Shown piece after piece: positions 12,418 through 24,744 of a DNA stretch of 64,000 bases; positions within the stretch are counted from its first letter, which is position 1, and each line of letters opens with the position of its first letter. This DNA comes from Octopus sinensis. Lineage: Eukaryota. The translations under genes were made by a program, and so were the position numbers. The notes under the pieces are model-generated. The model was not told the origin of the DNA and searched no databases. It worked only from the letters and a program-made list of their open reading frames with translations. The stretch spans positions 77,376,001-77,440,000 of the forward strand of contig NC_042998.1 of the NCBI RefSeq assembly GCF_006345805.1, read 5' to 3'.

Positions 12418-12845
12418 GACGTCATCAATGTTTTGACCAATCGTTTCGTTAGGTGGCTTTAATCAAGTAGAACGGGACGTCATCATTATTTTGACCAATC
12501 GCTGCATTATAACTCCCTCTTGTTTGTTTCCTGTTTTGACCAGTCGCTTCGTTAGTCAAGTAGAACGGGACGTCATCATTATTTTGACCAATCGCTGCAT
12601 TATATCTGCCTCTTGTTGTTTCCTGTTTTGACCAGTCGCTTCGTTAGTCAAGCAGAGCGGGACGTCATCCAGATTCTGCCCAATCACGACTTATAGCTAC
12701 ATTAGATCTGCCCCCTGTCTGTACTTGTTAGGTGACTATTCAAGCAGAAAAGGACGTCATCAATATTCTGACTAATGACTGTCCCCTGTTTGTATCCTGT
12801 CCATTCTAGCAGAGCTAGACGTCATCAACTTGTTGACCAATCAGA
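12418..12845. promoter_or_regulatory. Tandem ~92-bp repeats carrying six GACGTCA-N12-CCAAT(-like) composite motifs in the PLE 3' UTR/pLTR
   Basis: GACGTCA at 12418, 12476, 12569, 12661, 12753 and 12818, each followed 12 nt later by CCAAT (CTAAT in one copy). Regulatory function is inferred. Confidence 0.55.
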
Positions 12846-13009
12846 ATCGGGTCTGACCCTTAGCTGTATCGTATGTATCAGGGTCAGATTTGCACGAAAG
12901 AATTTTTTTCCTTTTTTACTAAGGCATATTTCCGTCAGGGTGAGTGTCTGTTTGAAGTAGCGGCCGTGGTGAAATTTGGTTCTCCTTTTCGGAGGACTTA
13001 TCTTTTGTT

Positions 13010-15306
13010 TTAGTATTCCTGGCCCAGGGTGTTTAAACTTGGTCTAAATTTTTTTATGAAATATAGTTCTTTATTTTGGCGTTGTGTGAAGGTTGCGTTG
13101 TCACTGAATTTATAGAGCGGGTTAGTTGTAAATTTCGGATTTACATTTCCAGCACATCTATCTATGTGTCCGCTGACCGGTACTTTGCGGTAATCAGGTT
13201 TCTAATTTGTGATTTATGCACCGCCATCCTGTTACGTAAGCTATTTTTTGTATGGCCTATATACTGCCTATTGCAGCCTGCGCATGTTATGACGTAAATT
13301 AAGTTTTCTGATGCGCAGGTGAAGTTTGTTCTAATGGTGAACTGGTGGCCTTGTTCCAGTATAAATTCTGATCCTTCTTTCAAGATGACACAGATTCCGC
13401 AGTTGGGCCTTCCACATTTTCTAACTGCTGGTTTTGTGGTTGATGTTGAGTGCAGTGTAGCTTGGGTTAAAATCCTTTTCAAGGATTTTGGTTGCCGTTT
13501 ACCTTTAATGATGGTGTGTGTTTCGAGGATCCGGTTCATCTTTGGGTCTCCCTTTAGTAGGGCTGTGCTTTGTAGTATGGTGTTGAAGGCCTCATTGTTG
13601 AGTGGGTTGTGTGTAGAGATGTAGGGAAGGGTTTTTAATTGTTCTTTCTTTTTTGGTTTTGTTTGTCTCAGGTCTTCTATACTTAATTTAAGTACCCGTT
13701 GGATTGCACTGTCTATTGGGGGCTGTGGATAGTTTCTCTTTGTGAGTGTGGTTCTAAGTTCCTGGAGACGTGTGTGTCGGGTGTTTGTGTCTGATATTAT
13801 GGTGCAAATCCTTCTAGCTAAACAAAAAGGGACATTCATTCTAGTGTGTCGTGGGTGGCATGAATCAAAGGGTAGGTACTGTTTAGAGTCTGTCGGTTTA
13901 TAGTAGATATCTGTCTCTATTTTGTTGCCGGTTTTCTTAATGAGGATGTCTAAAAATGGTAATTCTTTTTCGTTGTGGTCCATCGTGAATTGTATATTGT
14001 CATTTATTCCATTTAATAGAATTTTAAATTCCTCAAGTTTCTCTATGCCTTTGTCCCAGATGATGAAACAGTCATCGAGGTATCTTTTCCAGTTGTTATG
14101 GATATAGGTGGCGAAGGTGTTTCCATATTTCTCGAGTGTCATCCGGTATAGTATTTTCTCGAGGTATCCCATCACTAGGTTGGCAAAAGATGGTGCAGTA
14201 CGCGTGCCCATCGCTGTTCCCGATCTTTGCCTGTAGAAATCATTGTCAAAAATAAAATAATTGTTCTCTAAAATGAATCTAAGTCCTTCTATTATAAGGT
14301 CTTTGTTTATGCGAGTTGGGAGTTCAAAGGGGTAGTTATTCAGCCAGAAGGTGATCGCTTCTATTCCTAGGTTGTGAGGGATGTTAGAATAAAGATTAAC
14401 TACGTCGAATGATACTAGAAGGGTTTTCTCATTGACTGTTTTAGGGAGGTGGTTGAGCATATCTATATCGTCTCTTACGTAGCTTTTGATGTGTTTTAGG
14501 AAAGGTTTAAGAAGTGTGTCTAAGAAATTGCTGAGGCGGTGAGTTTCACATGCTGGCCCTGCTATTATCGGTCTTAGTTTAAGATCATTTGGTGAAGGGA
14601 TTTTGATGAGTGTGTCGGTGGATGTTTTGCACGTTTCTCTAATGGTTTGGCTTTTGTGTACCTTAGGGATACCATAGAACAAACTCGATTTGCATTTGAA
14701 GTTAGTGATGTATTCATACTCCTTGTTCGTGAGTCCTTCTTGGTATGTGTTGATTAATGTCCTAAGGTTATGCATTATTTTTTGCTGGTTATACTGTTGG
14801 GCCCTTTCATAATACGTTTCATCTCTTAATAGGGATAGCACTAAATTTTTATAATTGTTTGTATTCATTATTACTATCGCGTTGCCCTTATCTGCCTCCT
14901 TAATTGTTATTGTTTTGTCTTCTCTTAGTTTGATGAGGTCGTTCCATTCTCTTTTGTTGAAGTTAGGGCTGTGTTTTTGTTTCTTGATGAATTGAAACGG
15001 GAAATTAGTTATGTAGTCACAATAGCGGTCTAAGGCTTTATTCTTACCTTTGGTGGGGGTGTAATTGCTCTTGTTTCTAGCTATTGAGTCCTCCTCTATT
15101 TGTTTGTCTTGAAATGCCTCGGTGAGTCTTAGTTTTCTGCAAAATTCCGAAATATCATCTTTCATTTCATAATAATTAGAACGTTGTGGGGTGGGTGTAA
15201 ATTTAAGTCCTTTGGAGAGTATGCTTATTTCGTTAGGTGTAAGTTCTTTGTTTGAGAGATTGATTATCTTAATTACCTGAGGTTTCTTTTGTTTGTCCTT
15301 TGCCAT
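13010..15306 (-). CDS. PLE reverse transcriptase + GIY-YIG endonuclease (one 1-nt frameshift near 13197)
   Basis: Motifs INLS..LT..E...LSKGLKFTP, ADKGNAIV, YGIPKVHK, LRPIIAG, SFDVVNLYSNIP, GTAMGT, RYLDDCF, LPFLDI, SCHP, CGRPNCGIC linker, NLIY...YIG. After the frameshift the frame continues PDYRKVPVSGHIDRC...KELYFIKKFRPSLN to TAA at 13010-13012. Confidence 0.92.
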
Positions 15307-16606
15307 CGTGTGTCCCTGTTCCTGTGTGTGGGGTCTAAAAAATGGTTGGTGTAGTTATGTTCAAAGCTATTATTTATCTGTCTCATGTTGTTATAATTGT
15401 CAGAGTGAGTTTGTGGTGCTCTGTTCTGGAGTCTGTTGTTGAACCTAGTGTTACGTCTTAGTTCCTCAGGTATATTGTGTTGGTAGTTGTTTCCTCCGTA
15501 GTGCATTTGTTGTTTGTTATGGTTGTATGGTTGGTTCCTGGGGTGGATGTTTGGTAGTAGCGTTTTGGTTTGGTTATGTGGGTTGTATTTTATAGTATTG
15601 TATGTTGTGGCTCTTAGGTTCGTGGAATGGTGTGGTGGGACCCTATAAGTGTTTTGGGGTTGGTGTAGTAGTGTGGGGTGCGTTTTAAATGCATTTTTCT
15701 GGTGTAGAGTGTGTTTGGATTTCTTGGTGGTTGTTCTGCTCTGTTGGTATGTCTATTTTCGAACTGGTGTGGTGGGCCTCTGTAGGTGTTTTGGGGTTGG
15801 TGTAGGTAGTGTGGGGTGTGTTTTAGGTGTACTTTTCTGGTGTAGAGTGTGGTAGGATTTCTTGGTGGTTGTTCCGTTCTATTGGTATTTGGTTTTGATT
15901 TGCTTAATTTTATGAAGGGGTTGTTGGATATGTGTTCATTTTTGAAGTTGGTTTCATAATCTAGAAACCAGATGGCGCTCTTTTCCCATCGTTGGAGGGA
16001 CTTAAGTTCCTCTTTTTCACATTCTTCATTCCATAGTGCTGGTAATGTTTCAGTATTGTTGTCGTCTATTAGTTTGATGACTTCTTCGTTGATTTCCTCG
16101 TCTATGGTTTTTACTTTTCTTCATTCGTTTTAGCTCTCAGCTTAAGTAGTTCTATTTCCATCTTCATTTTTTCTAATGACATTTTTCTCTAAGTTTTCTT
16201 TGTTCTTCTGGTTCTTCCGAGATGGGTTTGATTTGTAATTTACGGGGTATGACTAGGGGTGTTGAGTCTAGCCATTTTTGGTAAATCTCTGCTTTATTCT
16301 GATTTTGTATCATTTTCCAAAAAGCGAATTTTCTGTTTCGCTGTAGTGTTCTCCATTGGGGGAGGACTTGGTTCTTTATTTGTAATGTTGAAGTTGCTCG
16401 GTTCTTCTCATGTGTTCCTTCTTTTTGTTGCTCTTGTTTCGTAAAGTTTGTGAAGAATGTCGTCATTGTATCGCATAGATTTTCAACTTTCTCGAATATT
16501 TCGGAGGGTGTTTTATTCGATTCGGTTTCCTCGTTAGTTTGTGTAGAAGGTCGAGGTGTTAAGTTGAGTTTGTTTAACACTGCTGTTAGGTTTGAATTTA
16601 TGCTTT
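15273..16606 (-). pseudogene. Upstream ORF1 of the PLE: helical/coiled-coil-like Trp-patterned domain, then an N/H/P/Q-rich repeat tail; frameshifted and 5'-truncated
   Basis: Track ORFs 16173..16646 and 15273..15506 are joined by manually read segments (KMSLEKMKMEIELLKLRAK, VKTIDEEINEEVIK..LWNEECEKEELKSLQRWEKSAIWFLDY). Same strand and A/C-rich composition as the RT ORF; contains a ~138-bp internal tandem repeat (15649-15890). Confidence 0.7.
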
Positions 16607-16703
16607 TGTGTGTATATATATATATTATATACATATATACATACATATATACACATATATCTTATATATATACACATATATAGTATATAGATATATGAAT
16701 ATA

Positions 16704-16761
<58 letters not shown>

Positions 16762-16774
16762 ATAGGTGTGTGTG

Positions 16775-16822
<48 letters not shown>

Positions 16823-16828
<6 letters not shown>

Positions 16829-17091
16829 CTGTAAATGCAATATGGCAATTATTCGGTAGCCATGATAAAACTCCGAGTTTCGGATGTGTGTTGGGGCGGA
16901 AATCCACGCCACCATCTCCTCAGGTATTCGGATGGCCGGATAACTGAAGATATGGTGGCGTGGATTTCCGCCCTAACATCCGAAACTCGGAGTTTTATCA
17001 TGGCTACCGAATAATTGTCACATTTACAGATAAATTCCTCTATTTATATAATATCGAGATCTCTTTCATTCTTTTGTTATCTTACCATTTT

Positions 17092-17095
<4 letters not shown>
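16823..17095. mobile_element. Palindromic PLE-pLTR-like mini-element in (TA)n with a hammerhead motif in each arm
   Basis: 16823-16923 and 16944-17035 are inverted repeats. The + arm reads GATAA-CTGAAGA-..CATCC-GAAA-CTCGGAG-TT-TTATC. Confidence 0.75.
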
Positions 17096-17187
<92 letters not shown>

Positions 17188-17403
17188 AATATATGTACAC
17201 ATATATATATATATATGTATATAAATACACTAATATGTATATTTTTTACGCAACAAGTAAATTAGGCTCTTAGAAAATCTCTATTACAGATGAAAGTAGA
17301 AACTATAGTGAGAAGTAATGTTTATCTGCACTTCAACAAGGCTGTTCCGTAGCGACTAACGTTACTACAATTTTAAAGCCCCAAGAGGTCTTCACCTCGA
17401 ACG

Positions 17404-17639
17404 GAACTATAATTAGTTCATTGTGTGGTTTTTGTAAACAAACATCATGTGCGTTTTCTGCGAGGTATAATGACTAGAGAAAATAGTTACATAGTGATCG
17501 CTTATAAGCTTAAAGCTTATAAAATATGATTATTATCATTTACAGAATTGTAAAAATAGACACTGCTAACCAAAAACCATCGCACTAAGCGTACATAATA
17601 TTTGTTTACAAAAGCAATACCATGAACTAATTATAGTTC
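17404..17639. mobile_element. MITE-like element with ~60-bp imperfect terminal inverted repeats
   Basis: gaactataattagttcattg...tttgtaaacaaa.at.atgt.cg versus its reverse complement ending ...catgaactaattatagttc; no ORF inside. Confidence 0.7.
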
Positions 17640-18109
17640 TTAAATCTGGTGGAAAGAAACCAGGGATGCGTTGGCGTAATGGTAACACACTTGTCGAGGC
17701 CTTATGTACCCGAATGTTAAACTTTCTTAGTCTTTACACGATGATCTTTTATAAGCTTTAAGCTGATTAGATATTATTATATATGTATATAGAGCGATAT
17801 ACATGAGAGATAAATTTACATAATTAACAAAAATACGTGTTAGCTGTATGTAAATACAGTGTAGAATATATTCGAAAGCATTAACTAGCGTTAAAATATA
17901 TTAATCAACCCAAGCTAACTTGTATGAGTATTACGAACAAACATACGCATGAGTGTAGTATGATTGATAGTAGCAATCATGTTTTTGTATCGAGTTTCAT
18001 CGACGAAGAAATATGTTTATATTTTGAATTTCATTGTAACAATAATTAGAGATTATTACCAGATTCAAAACGTAAGACTGTGCAAAATGTGAGTAAATGA
18101 ATAAATAGA

Positions 18110-18485
18110 TAAACAAAAGCAGTCAGAGAGTGCAAACCTCATCCAAGGCAACAGCAACGTCCTCTCAATGATAAGTCAGAGATGATTTTTAAAATGAGAA
18201 TGTCTGAAATAAACTCGACTACTTTCACACAAACGAGAATACTGATAATGAACCCGACTGCTCTCAATGATTAAGTAAAAAAAAAAAAAAACGGAAAATT
18301 AACACTGAATCCTTGTCCGGTACTGGATCGATACCAAAATCTAATCAGTCCGTGCCAATCACGAGGCCAAATATCTCTGAAAGTTTCATCTGAATCCGTC
18401 GAGCGGATATCTTGTCCACGGACAAACAGACAAACAAACACGATTGAAAACAATAACTCCGCCTTAACAACGGAGTGGGGAATAA
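18110..18485. mobile_element. Non-autonomous Helentron-associated (HINE/DINE-like) element
   Basis: Terminal hairpin ctccgcc-ttaacaa-cggag next to an (AAAC/AGAC) microsatellite and gaaaacaataac; the other end is aacaaaagcagtcagagagtgcaaacctc. The architecture is typical of this class, but the assignment is from pattern only. Confidence 0.5.
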
Positions 18486-20446
18486 ATAAAGGTCACAGGT
18501 ATCTCTCTCACATTCGATAAGAAGAAATATGTAAGAAAAAGCAATAACGTTATTGTGTGTATCGTAACAATGTCATATGGGGTTAACAGTACAACGTGAA
18601 AATGTCAGTAACACATCGGTTTCTGAATAATTGATGCACATCAGTAATATTGTAATGTGCAACGGAAACTCATAAAAATATGAGCCTCAAGTTTAATCTG
18701 TATTGCGGTTTGCTTTATTGAGACATTTCGTAGTAATGAAATATATTAAAGGTTAAAAGTCTTTTAAATATTTACCCCGTGAAATTGAAGTTCATTCTGA
18801 GGATTGACATCTACTGGAATACATTAAGCGCAGCAATAGCCAAACAGTAGTGAAAGAACCAAACAAAACACAATTGAAACAACACATCATAAATAGCTTG
18901 ACAAATAAATGAAGGAGCCTATCTTTCCTTAATCTTACCAGACTCAAAAGAAAGTATAATTCGATAATATAAACTTGGGTGCAGTCTGTCTGAGAGAGAA
19001 AAAAATATGTCACGGCTGAAATGAAGCGAGACATGACTGCTCTATTAAGGATGACCTGTAGATAAACAACGACGAGAACATATAAAAGTTAGACGTATTT
19101 TCAGCTTATGATGTTTGGTGAAATAATTTTTAAATAACATTTTCACTCTTCAGAGTCGATCATCAAAGGTATGTGCATAAGAAGGTTGCTGTGTTTTTGC
19201 TTTTCTAAATTTCTTGTTTGGAAGATTTTGCGGAAGTTGGCGAAGTGCAGACATAAGCGGAACATATCATATCGAAAAAAAAAACTGCTGAGAATGAAAA
19301 GTAAACGAAAAAATAAATAAATATATATATATAAAGCAAAAACAAATTCAGCTGCTCTTTCAGCCAGGGGAAAAGAATGATAAAGAAACACCCCACCAAA
19401 AGAGTTAAGTTTTTTCGCACAGTAAATTGCACTGAAATACACCGGTGAGAAAATACGCAAAAATACATTAAGAGGTCTAGAGAGTAATTTACTTATATTT
19501 TTTTACAAATGCATTTGCAACACTTCCTGTGGATTCTATGTTTTAATTGTTTAACATCACACAAGTTCATAATACTCAAATATAAATATATACGCGGGAC
19601 TCGTTCTTACACATACATAAACAGATAGTTGTAACATGTGTACGTATAAACATGTATATATTCTTGTTTGAGGCCTTGCATACAAATATACACACATAAA
19701 ATATATGCATGCGTGTGTGTGTGCCTGTGTACATGTGTGCATGTATGCGCAGCGCACACGTGTGTGTATGTGTGTGTGTGTCTGTGTGTAATTAAAAATA
19801 AGTGCATAAGTAGATACGAAATTGTTGTTTGTGCCTTAGTGGTGTAGCGCACGCATATACAAGCATAAAAATAAACATACATGCATACAAATATGTGTGT
19901 ATGAGCGTTTCAGTGCATGCGTAGGAATGTCTGCTTGAGTTGGCTCTATGCCTTTGTTTTAATGTAATGTGGGTACATAAGTATTTGTGGTTTTGAGATT
20001 GTGATTGTGTGTGGTAAGGAATATTCTGGTAGAATTTTACAATAAACAGATGATTGCTCTGCGGTATGTCTGTGAGAAAAGAAATTCTTAACGCAATCTT
20101 ATTAATGTCATTGGAGTCAAGCAGAAAACCAAATACGCAGGACAAGGAAATTTTGAATACGATATTTTTGGAAATGAATGCACATTCAATGAATGTTATT
20201 TCAAATTAAATGCACGCGTGTATGAAGCAGTACATGTTACTGATGCAAGCAGAGTTAATTAGATTTAGTTTCAATTATTTTTAATGGGCCCGATTGTACA
20301 TGTATAGGTAACTGCATGCAATTGGAATAAGTAATTGGGAAAGAATATTTAAAGAAACATTCACCTATAATTATGCATTAATGCTATATATGAATGTGTG
20401 TATGTATGCATATATTAATCTGTTTAAGTATCTATCTCTATCACTA

Positions 20447-20501
20447 TACCTACTTACCTACCTACCTATCTACCTACCTACCTACCTACCTATCTACCTA
20501 A

Positions 20502-20580
<79 letters not shown>

Positions 20581-20670
20581 CCTATTCATCTGTCTATCCA
20601 TCTATATATCTCTCCACCCATCCATCCATCCCTTTGTCCATCCCCCATTTATCCATCTGTCTGTCTCTCT
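20447..20670. repeat. Compound (TACC)n/(TATC)n/(CCAT)n microsatellite
   Basis: Directly visible. Confidence 0.95.
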
Positions 20671-22364
20671 ATCTATAACAAACAGAAAACAATCTAATAT
20701 TACCAGGACAATACGTTATACCAATCCATTACAGAAGATTGTTGATGCATCCATAAATCCACAAATTTATTTATGCTTCTGCGAGGTAATCAATTGCATA
20801 AAGAAATATAAACAAATGCGTGGAGAATTAGAAAAGTGATGTTAATAAATCATCATGTGAATGGTCAATAACAAGTATCAAAGCAATTTATTCATAATAC
20901 GTTCATAAATACCTTTATTCATAATACGTTCCAGTTGAGTCGAATGCTGATCGCTGTTGTGTGTCATCGCAGAACAATTTTTACTTTACGACACGTTTGC
21001 TGATGTTACAGGCAAGAGCCTCAAAATTGTTAGATTTATTAAGCTGGGTTAGTTTTGGCTGAGAAGACCCAACAATGTAAAAACAGGTTGTCATAAAATG
21101 GCTTGCGCTAATCAATCTTTGCAGGAGATATCAGGTGTAATACTCGTATTTTCTTTCATTTTCATATTGTATTAAACGGCACTTTAGCTTTCCTCATTTT
21201 TATAGTGAAAGTAGGCGATTATCAATTTTTGAAATATAAGAACACGATCCTACTGTGTCCCAAATTGTGAAATAGTCGTCGATCGAGGGATTCTTCCCAT
21301 ACTTTTATAAATAGGTTTCGAAACCAATCAAACTTAATTACAGATTTTTTCCTTCAATAATAATAACCCCACTATCGTTGTAAAAGTTGGGATGATTATT
21401 GTGTCAATTATTGTCCCATTTATTGGATGTTAATATTGTTTATTAGTCCAGTGATAATAGAAACCTTGCATGAATTGTTTTGAGAATGTCTCCTAAATTA
21501 TATCCGCATTTGTGTTTATTTTGGATTCCAGGGATCCAGACGTCAGAAGATGGCATTTATGCGCAGAGTCTGATCACATAAAAAATAATTAGGGCCTTCT
21601 CTATATTTATTCTTTCTGGACTATGATTGAAAAGGGCCATATAATCTTATAAAAATCAAGAACTTATTTACAAATTCAATATTATAGCTAGAACACGGAC
21701 AAATCGTTGAGTAATTGGGGGTTATTTCTGTAACAATTCGGCGTAGATTTCTATATAACGCTTTTGAAGTCTTCTATATATATGGCGTGTATTTAATTTC
21801 TTACGGATTTTTTTTTAGTGTTACAAATTTTCGGTAATCCACTAAAGTTGTTATTTTTTCACACTAAAATTACATAAAGGAAATGCTATAAGTATAGCAA
21901 AACACAACACACAACACACACACACACACACACGCAAAACTTTAAAAAGCCCGGAAAAACTTTGGTTTGTAATGCGTTGTGAAGAGCAGAAATCTGCCGA
22001 AAGCCTTTAGACAAAACTTTCTTTCATATCATTCATCTTGTTGAGTTAAGTCTTCATTGAAACTTTGAGATAATTTTTATAATAAAAAAAAAAGTTTTTC
22101 TTGAAAGATTGTATTGTATCAAGAATGTCTCTGTCTTCTGGTGCTGCAACTTTTGTTTTCATTGTTGAACGTTTTACGTCTCTCTTCTTATCACCGTTTG
22201 CTTTTTCGTTTAATCAAAATAGTATTTATTTTAAAATTTTCGTTCCATCTTTGTCTGCATATTCCTACGCATTCTCCTTTATAAATATTGCCTTTGAAAT
22301 TATATTTATTACTGCTCTTATGCATAAATCCTTGTTGCTACAGTCACAAGATCTGATATATGTA

Positions 22365-22535
22365 AAGTGGATACTAGTCGATTGCATCGACTTCAGTGCT
22401 CAGCTGGTACTTATTTTATCGACCCCAAAAGATGAAAGCAAAGTCAAACTCAGCAGAATTTAAACTTAGTACGTAAAATCGGAAGATATTACGCTACCTA
22501 TTTTATCTAGCGTCCGGAATATTCTGACAGCTCCT
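22365..22535 (-). mobile_element. SINE (family B, as at 35920), decayed
   Basis: agtcgattgcatcgacttcagtgctcagctggtacttattttatcgaccccaaaagatgaaagcaaagtc is the reverse complement of the family B core. Confidence 0.75.
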
Positions 22536-23845
22536 CTCGAAACAACCGTAAATACCCAAAATTATTAGGCTTCATCCTTCACATTTAAACTTAAAACAAG
22601 TAGCCTTAGTTCACTTCAAATTCATCAAATACTTTCTACACCACACCAGGTTTCTTCTCTTATTATTTCGTTACAGTCCTCCTATGAGTCATTTTGTAAA
22701 GATAATCACATTTCCTTCTCTGAAGGGTGTTTTTCTCATTAAATTAATTTTTTCTTCATACCGAACGTGGAAGTTTGAAATTTACTTGAACGATTGCATC
22801 ACACTCTACTCTGTCCTCTCCTTCATCAATGTAAAATCTATCCAATTTCTTTACGGCATCTTCCTTATTATCGCCTTGCGTGCATATATGTTCTGAGAAC
22901 TTTGGAATGGCAGACTCTTTAGGGCGTTGGGAAAACACTTTGCGGTCTTTACTCTAGATTTTAACTTCACACTACGCCAAGTTCTTACTTGCTTTTCATT
23001 CACTGGGCTCGATAAAATGAAGTACCAATTTAAATACTTTTTAATGTTGTCAACCCTTCCCACTCTGGATATATTTCCGGCTTTATACCTAAATCACAAA
23101 TCATCTTATTTATTCTTCGCATACTCGATTTGATAGATTGTTGCATTGGCTCTTTTTTCAATTTCTTCTTCATTTTTAAACCAAACTTTTCCTCATTTCT
23201 CTCCATCTTCCTTACCTTTCACGTTCATATCCCTATATTTTGCATATACTCTGAATATTTTAAAAACTTTATGATCTCATATCCTTGTCTGGATCTACGT
23301 ACGTGTCCAATCAGAGCCATGGTCCAATGCTTCCAGCATTAACTACACCTAAACAGTATCTTCCTTGCAATTTTACATCTTTATCTGTGTAATTACCTTC
23401 CACTTCTCCCCACATTTTTCTACCTCCTCCTCTTCATCATCCCTTTTCTCCTTCATTTACTTATCTATTTTTTGCTTCTTTGCTATAATTTTATTAATCT
23501 CCTCGCTAGTTCAATGATCGGTTTTTCATTACGAATACTTTTATTTGAACATACTTCGGTTTCCACTCATATTATTTTCTCGTTCTGCCTATACAAACAC
23601 AAATACACGCGCCTTTTTATTTATGTTTATAAACGCTGTAATAATAAAATAAAACAAAATAATGATGTTTTGAAATCATAAATTACATACGTTTCAGATC
23701 TACAGAACATGAATAGGAAATGCATCCATAATGCAATATTCCTTAGTTAAAACATTTCAATATAAGTATATGTAACTACACGTATGTATATATATATATA
23801 TATATTATATATATATATATATATGTGGGTGGGTGCATATGCATG

Positions 23846-23879
<34 letters not shown>

Positions 23880-23884
23880 AGTGT

Positions 23885-24246
23885 GAGGCGCAATGGCCCA
23901 GTGGTTAGGGCAGCGGACTCGCGGTTGTAGGATCGCAGTTTCGATTCCCAGACCGGTCGTTGTGAGTGTTCATTGAGCAAAAACACCAAAAGCACCACAA
24001 ATCTTCCCCAGGGAGTGGTGGCGAACACTGCTGTACTCTTTCTCTCACTCTTTCTTCCTGTTTCCGTGGTACCTGTATTTCAAAGGGCCAGACTTGTCAC
24101 GCTCTGTGGCACACTGAATCTACCCGAGAACTACGTTAATGGTGGTACACGTGTCTGTGAAGTGCTCAGCCACTAATTTCACGAGCAGGCTGTTCCGTTG
24201 ATCGAATCAACTGCAATCCTCGTCGTCGTAACCAATGGAGTGCCAC
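23885..24246 (+). mobile_element. tRNA-derived SINE (family C, long form)
   Basis: A-box (tggcccagtgg) and B-box-like (gtttcgattccc) head; the first ~150 bp are shared with the minus-strand SINE at 30333-30566. Confidence 0.85.
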
Positions 24247-24250
24247 GCCG

Positions 24251-24318
<68 letters not shown>

Positions 24319-24357
24319 ATATATATATACATACATACATGTATATAAAAATAGTGC

Positions 24358-24736
24358 TTTATTCTTTTATTCTTCTACTTGTTTCGGTCAATTGAAGCAA
24401 CGCCTTTACTCGAAGAAATGGACCCCGGGATTTATTTTTTGTAAGCCTAGTACTTACTCTATTGGTCTCTTTTTGCAGAAGCGCTAAGTTACAGGGACGT
24501 AGACACACCAACATCGGTTGTCAAGCGACAGTGATGAAGGAGACAAATGCAGAGACATACACACACACATACATATACGAAGAGCTTCTTTCAGTTTCCG
24601 TCTACCAAATCCACTCACAAGGCTTTGGCTGGCCCGAGGCTATTGTAGAAGACACTAGCCCAAGGTACCACGCAGTGAACCCGGAACCATGTGGTTGGGT
24701 AGCAGGCTTCTTACCATCAGCCTCTCATGCACCTGT
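24358..24736 (-). mobile_element. tRNA-derived SINE (family A), full length
   Basis: Its reverse complement aligns end to end with 26389-26830. Confidence 0.88.
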
Positions 24737-24744
24737 ATATATAG

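Larger units (their letters stand above)
11990..16606 (-). mobile_element. Neptune-type Penelope-like retroelement with upstream ORF1, RT-EN ORF and long repetitive 3' UTR/pseudo-LTR
   Basis: Contains the 714-aa RT/GIY-YIG ORF, a contiguous upstream coding region and a 3' repeat array. It is bounded by TA-rich tracts and has a degenerate hammerhead at the 3' end (12001-12040). Confidence 0.88.

Noticed and set aside
12418-12845. CRISPR-like repeat array
   Set aside because: Eukaryotic context, no cas genes, and the inter-motif sequences are themselves repeated rather than unique spacers.
16608-17265. YIYI, THTH, CVCV, YLSI, poly-L/E/K/F ORFs here and throughout the window
   Set aside because: Translations of microsatellites with no coding signal.
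22684-23400. Minus-strand ORF pieces as a gag-like zinc-knuckle relic
   Set aside because: Only a very degenerate Cys/His pattern; no recognisable family motif.
23885-23960. tRNA genes (also 17664, 30490-30566, 51180-51252)
   Set aside because: A/B boxes without a complete cloverleaf, mostly continuing into SINE bodies.
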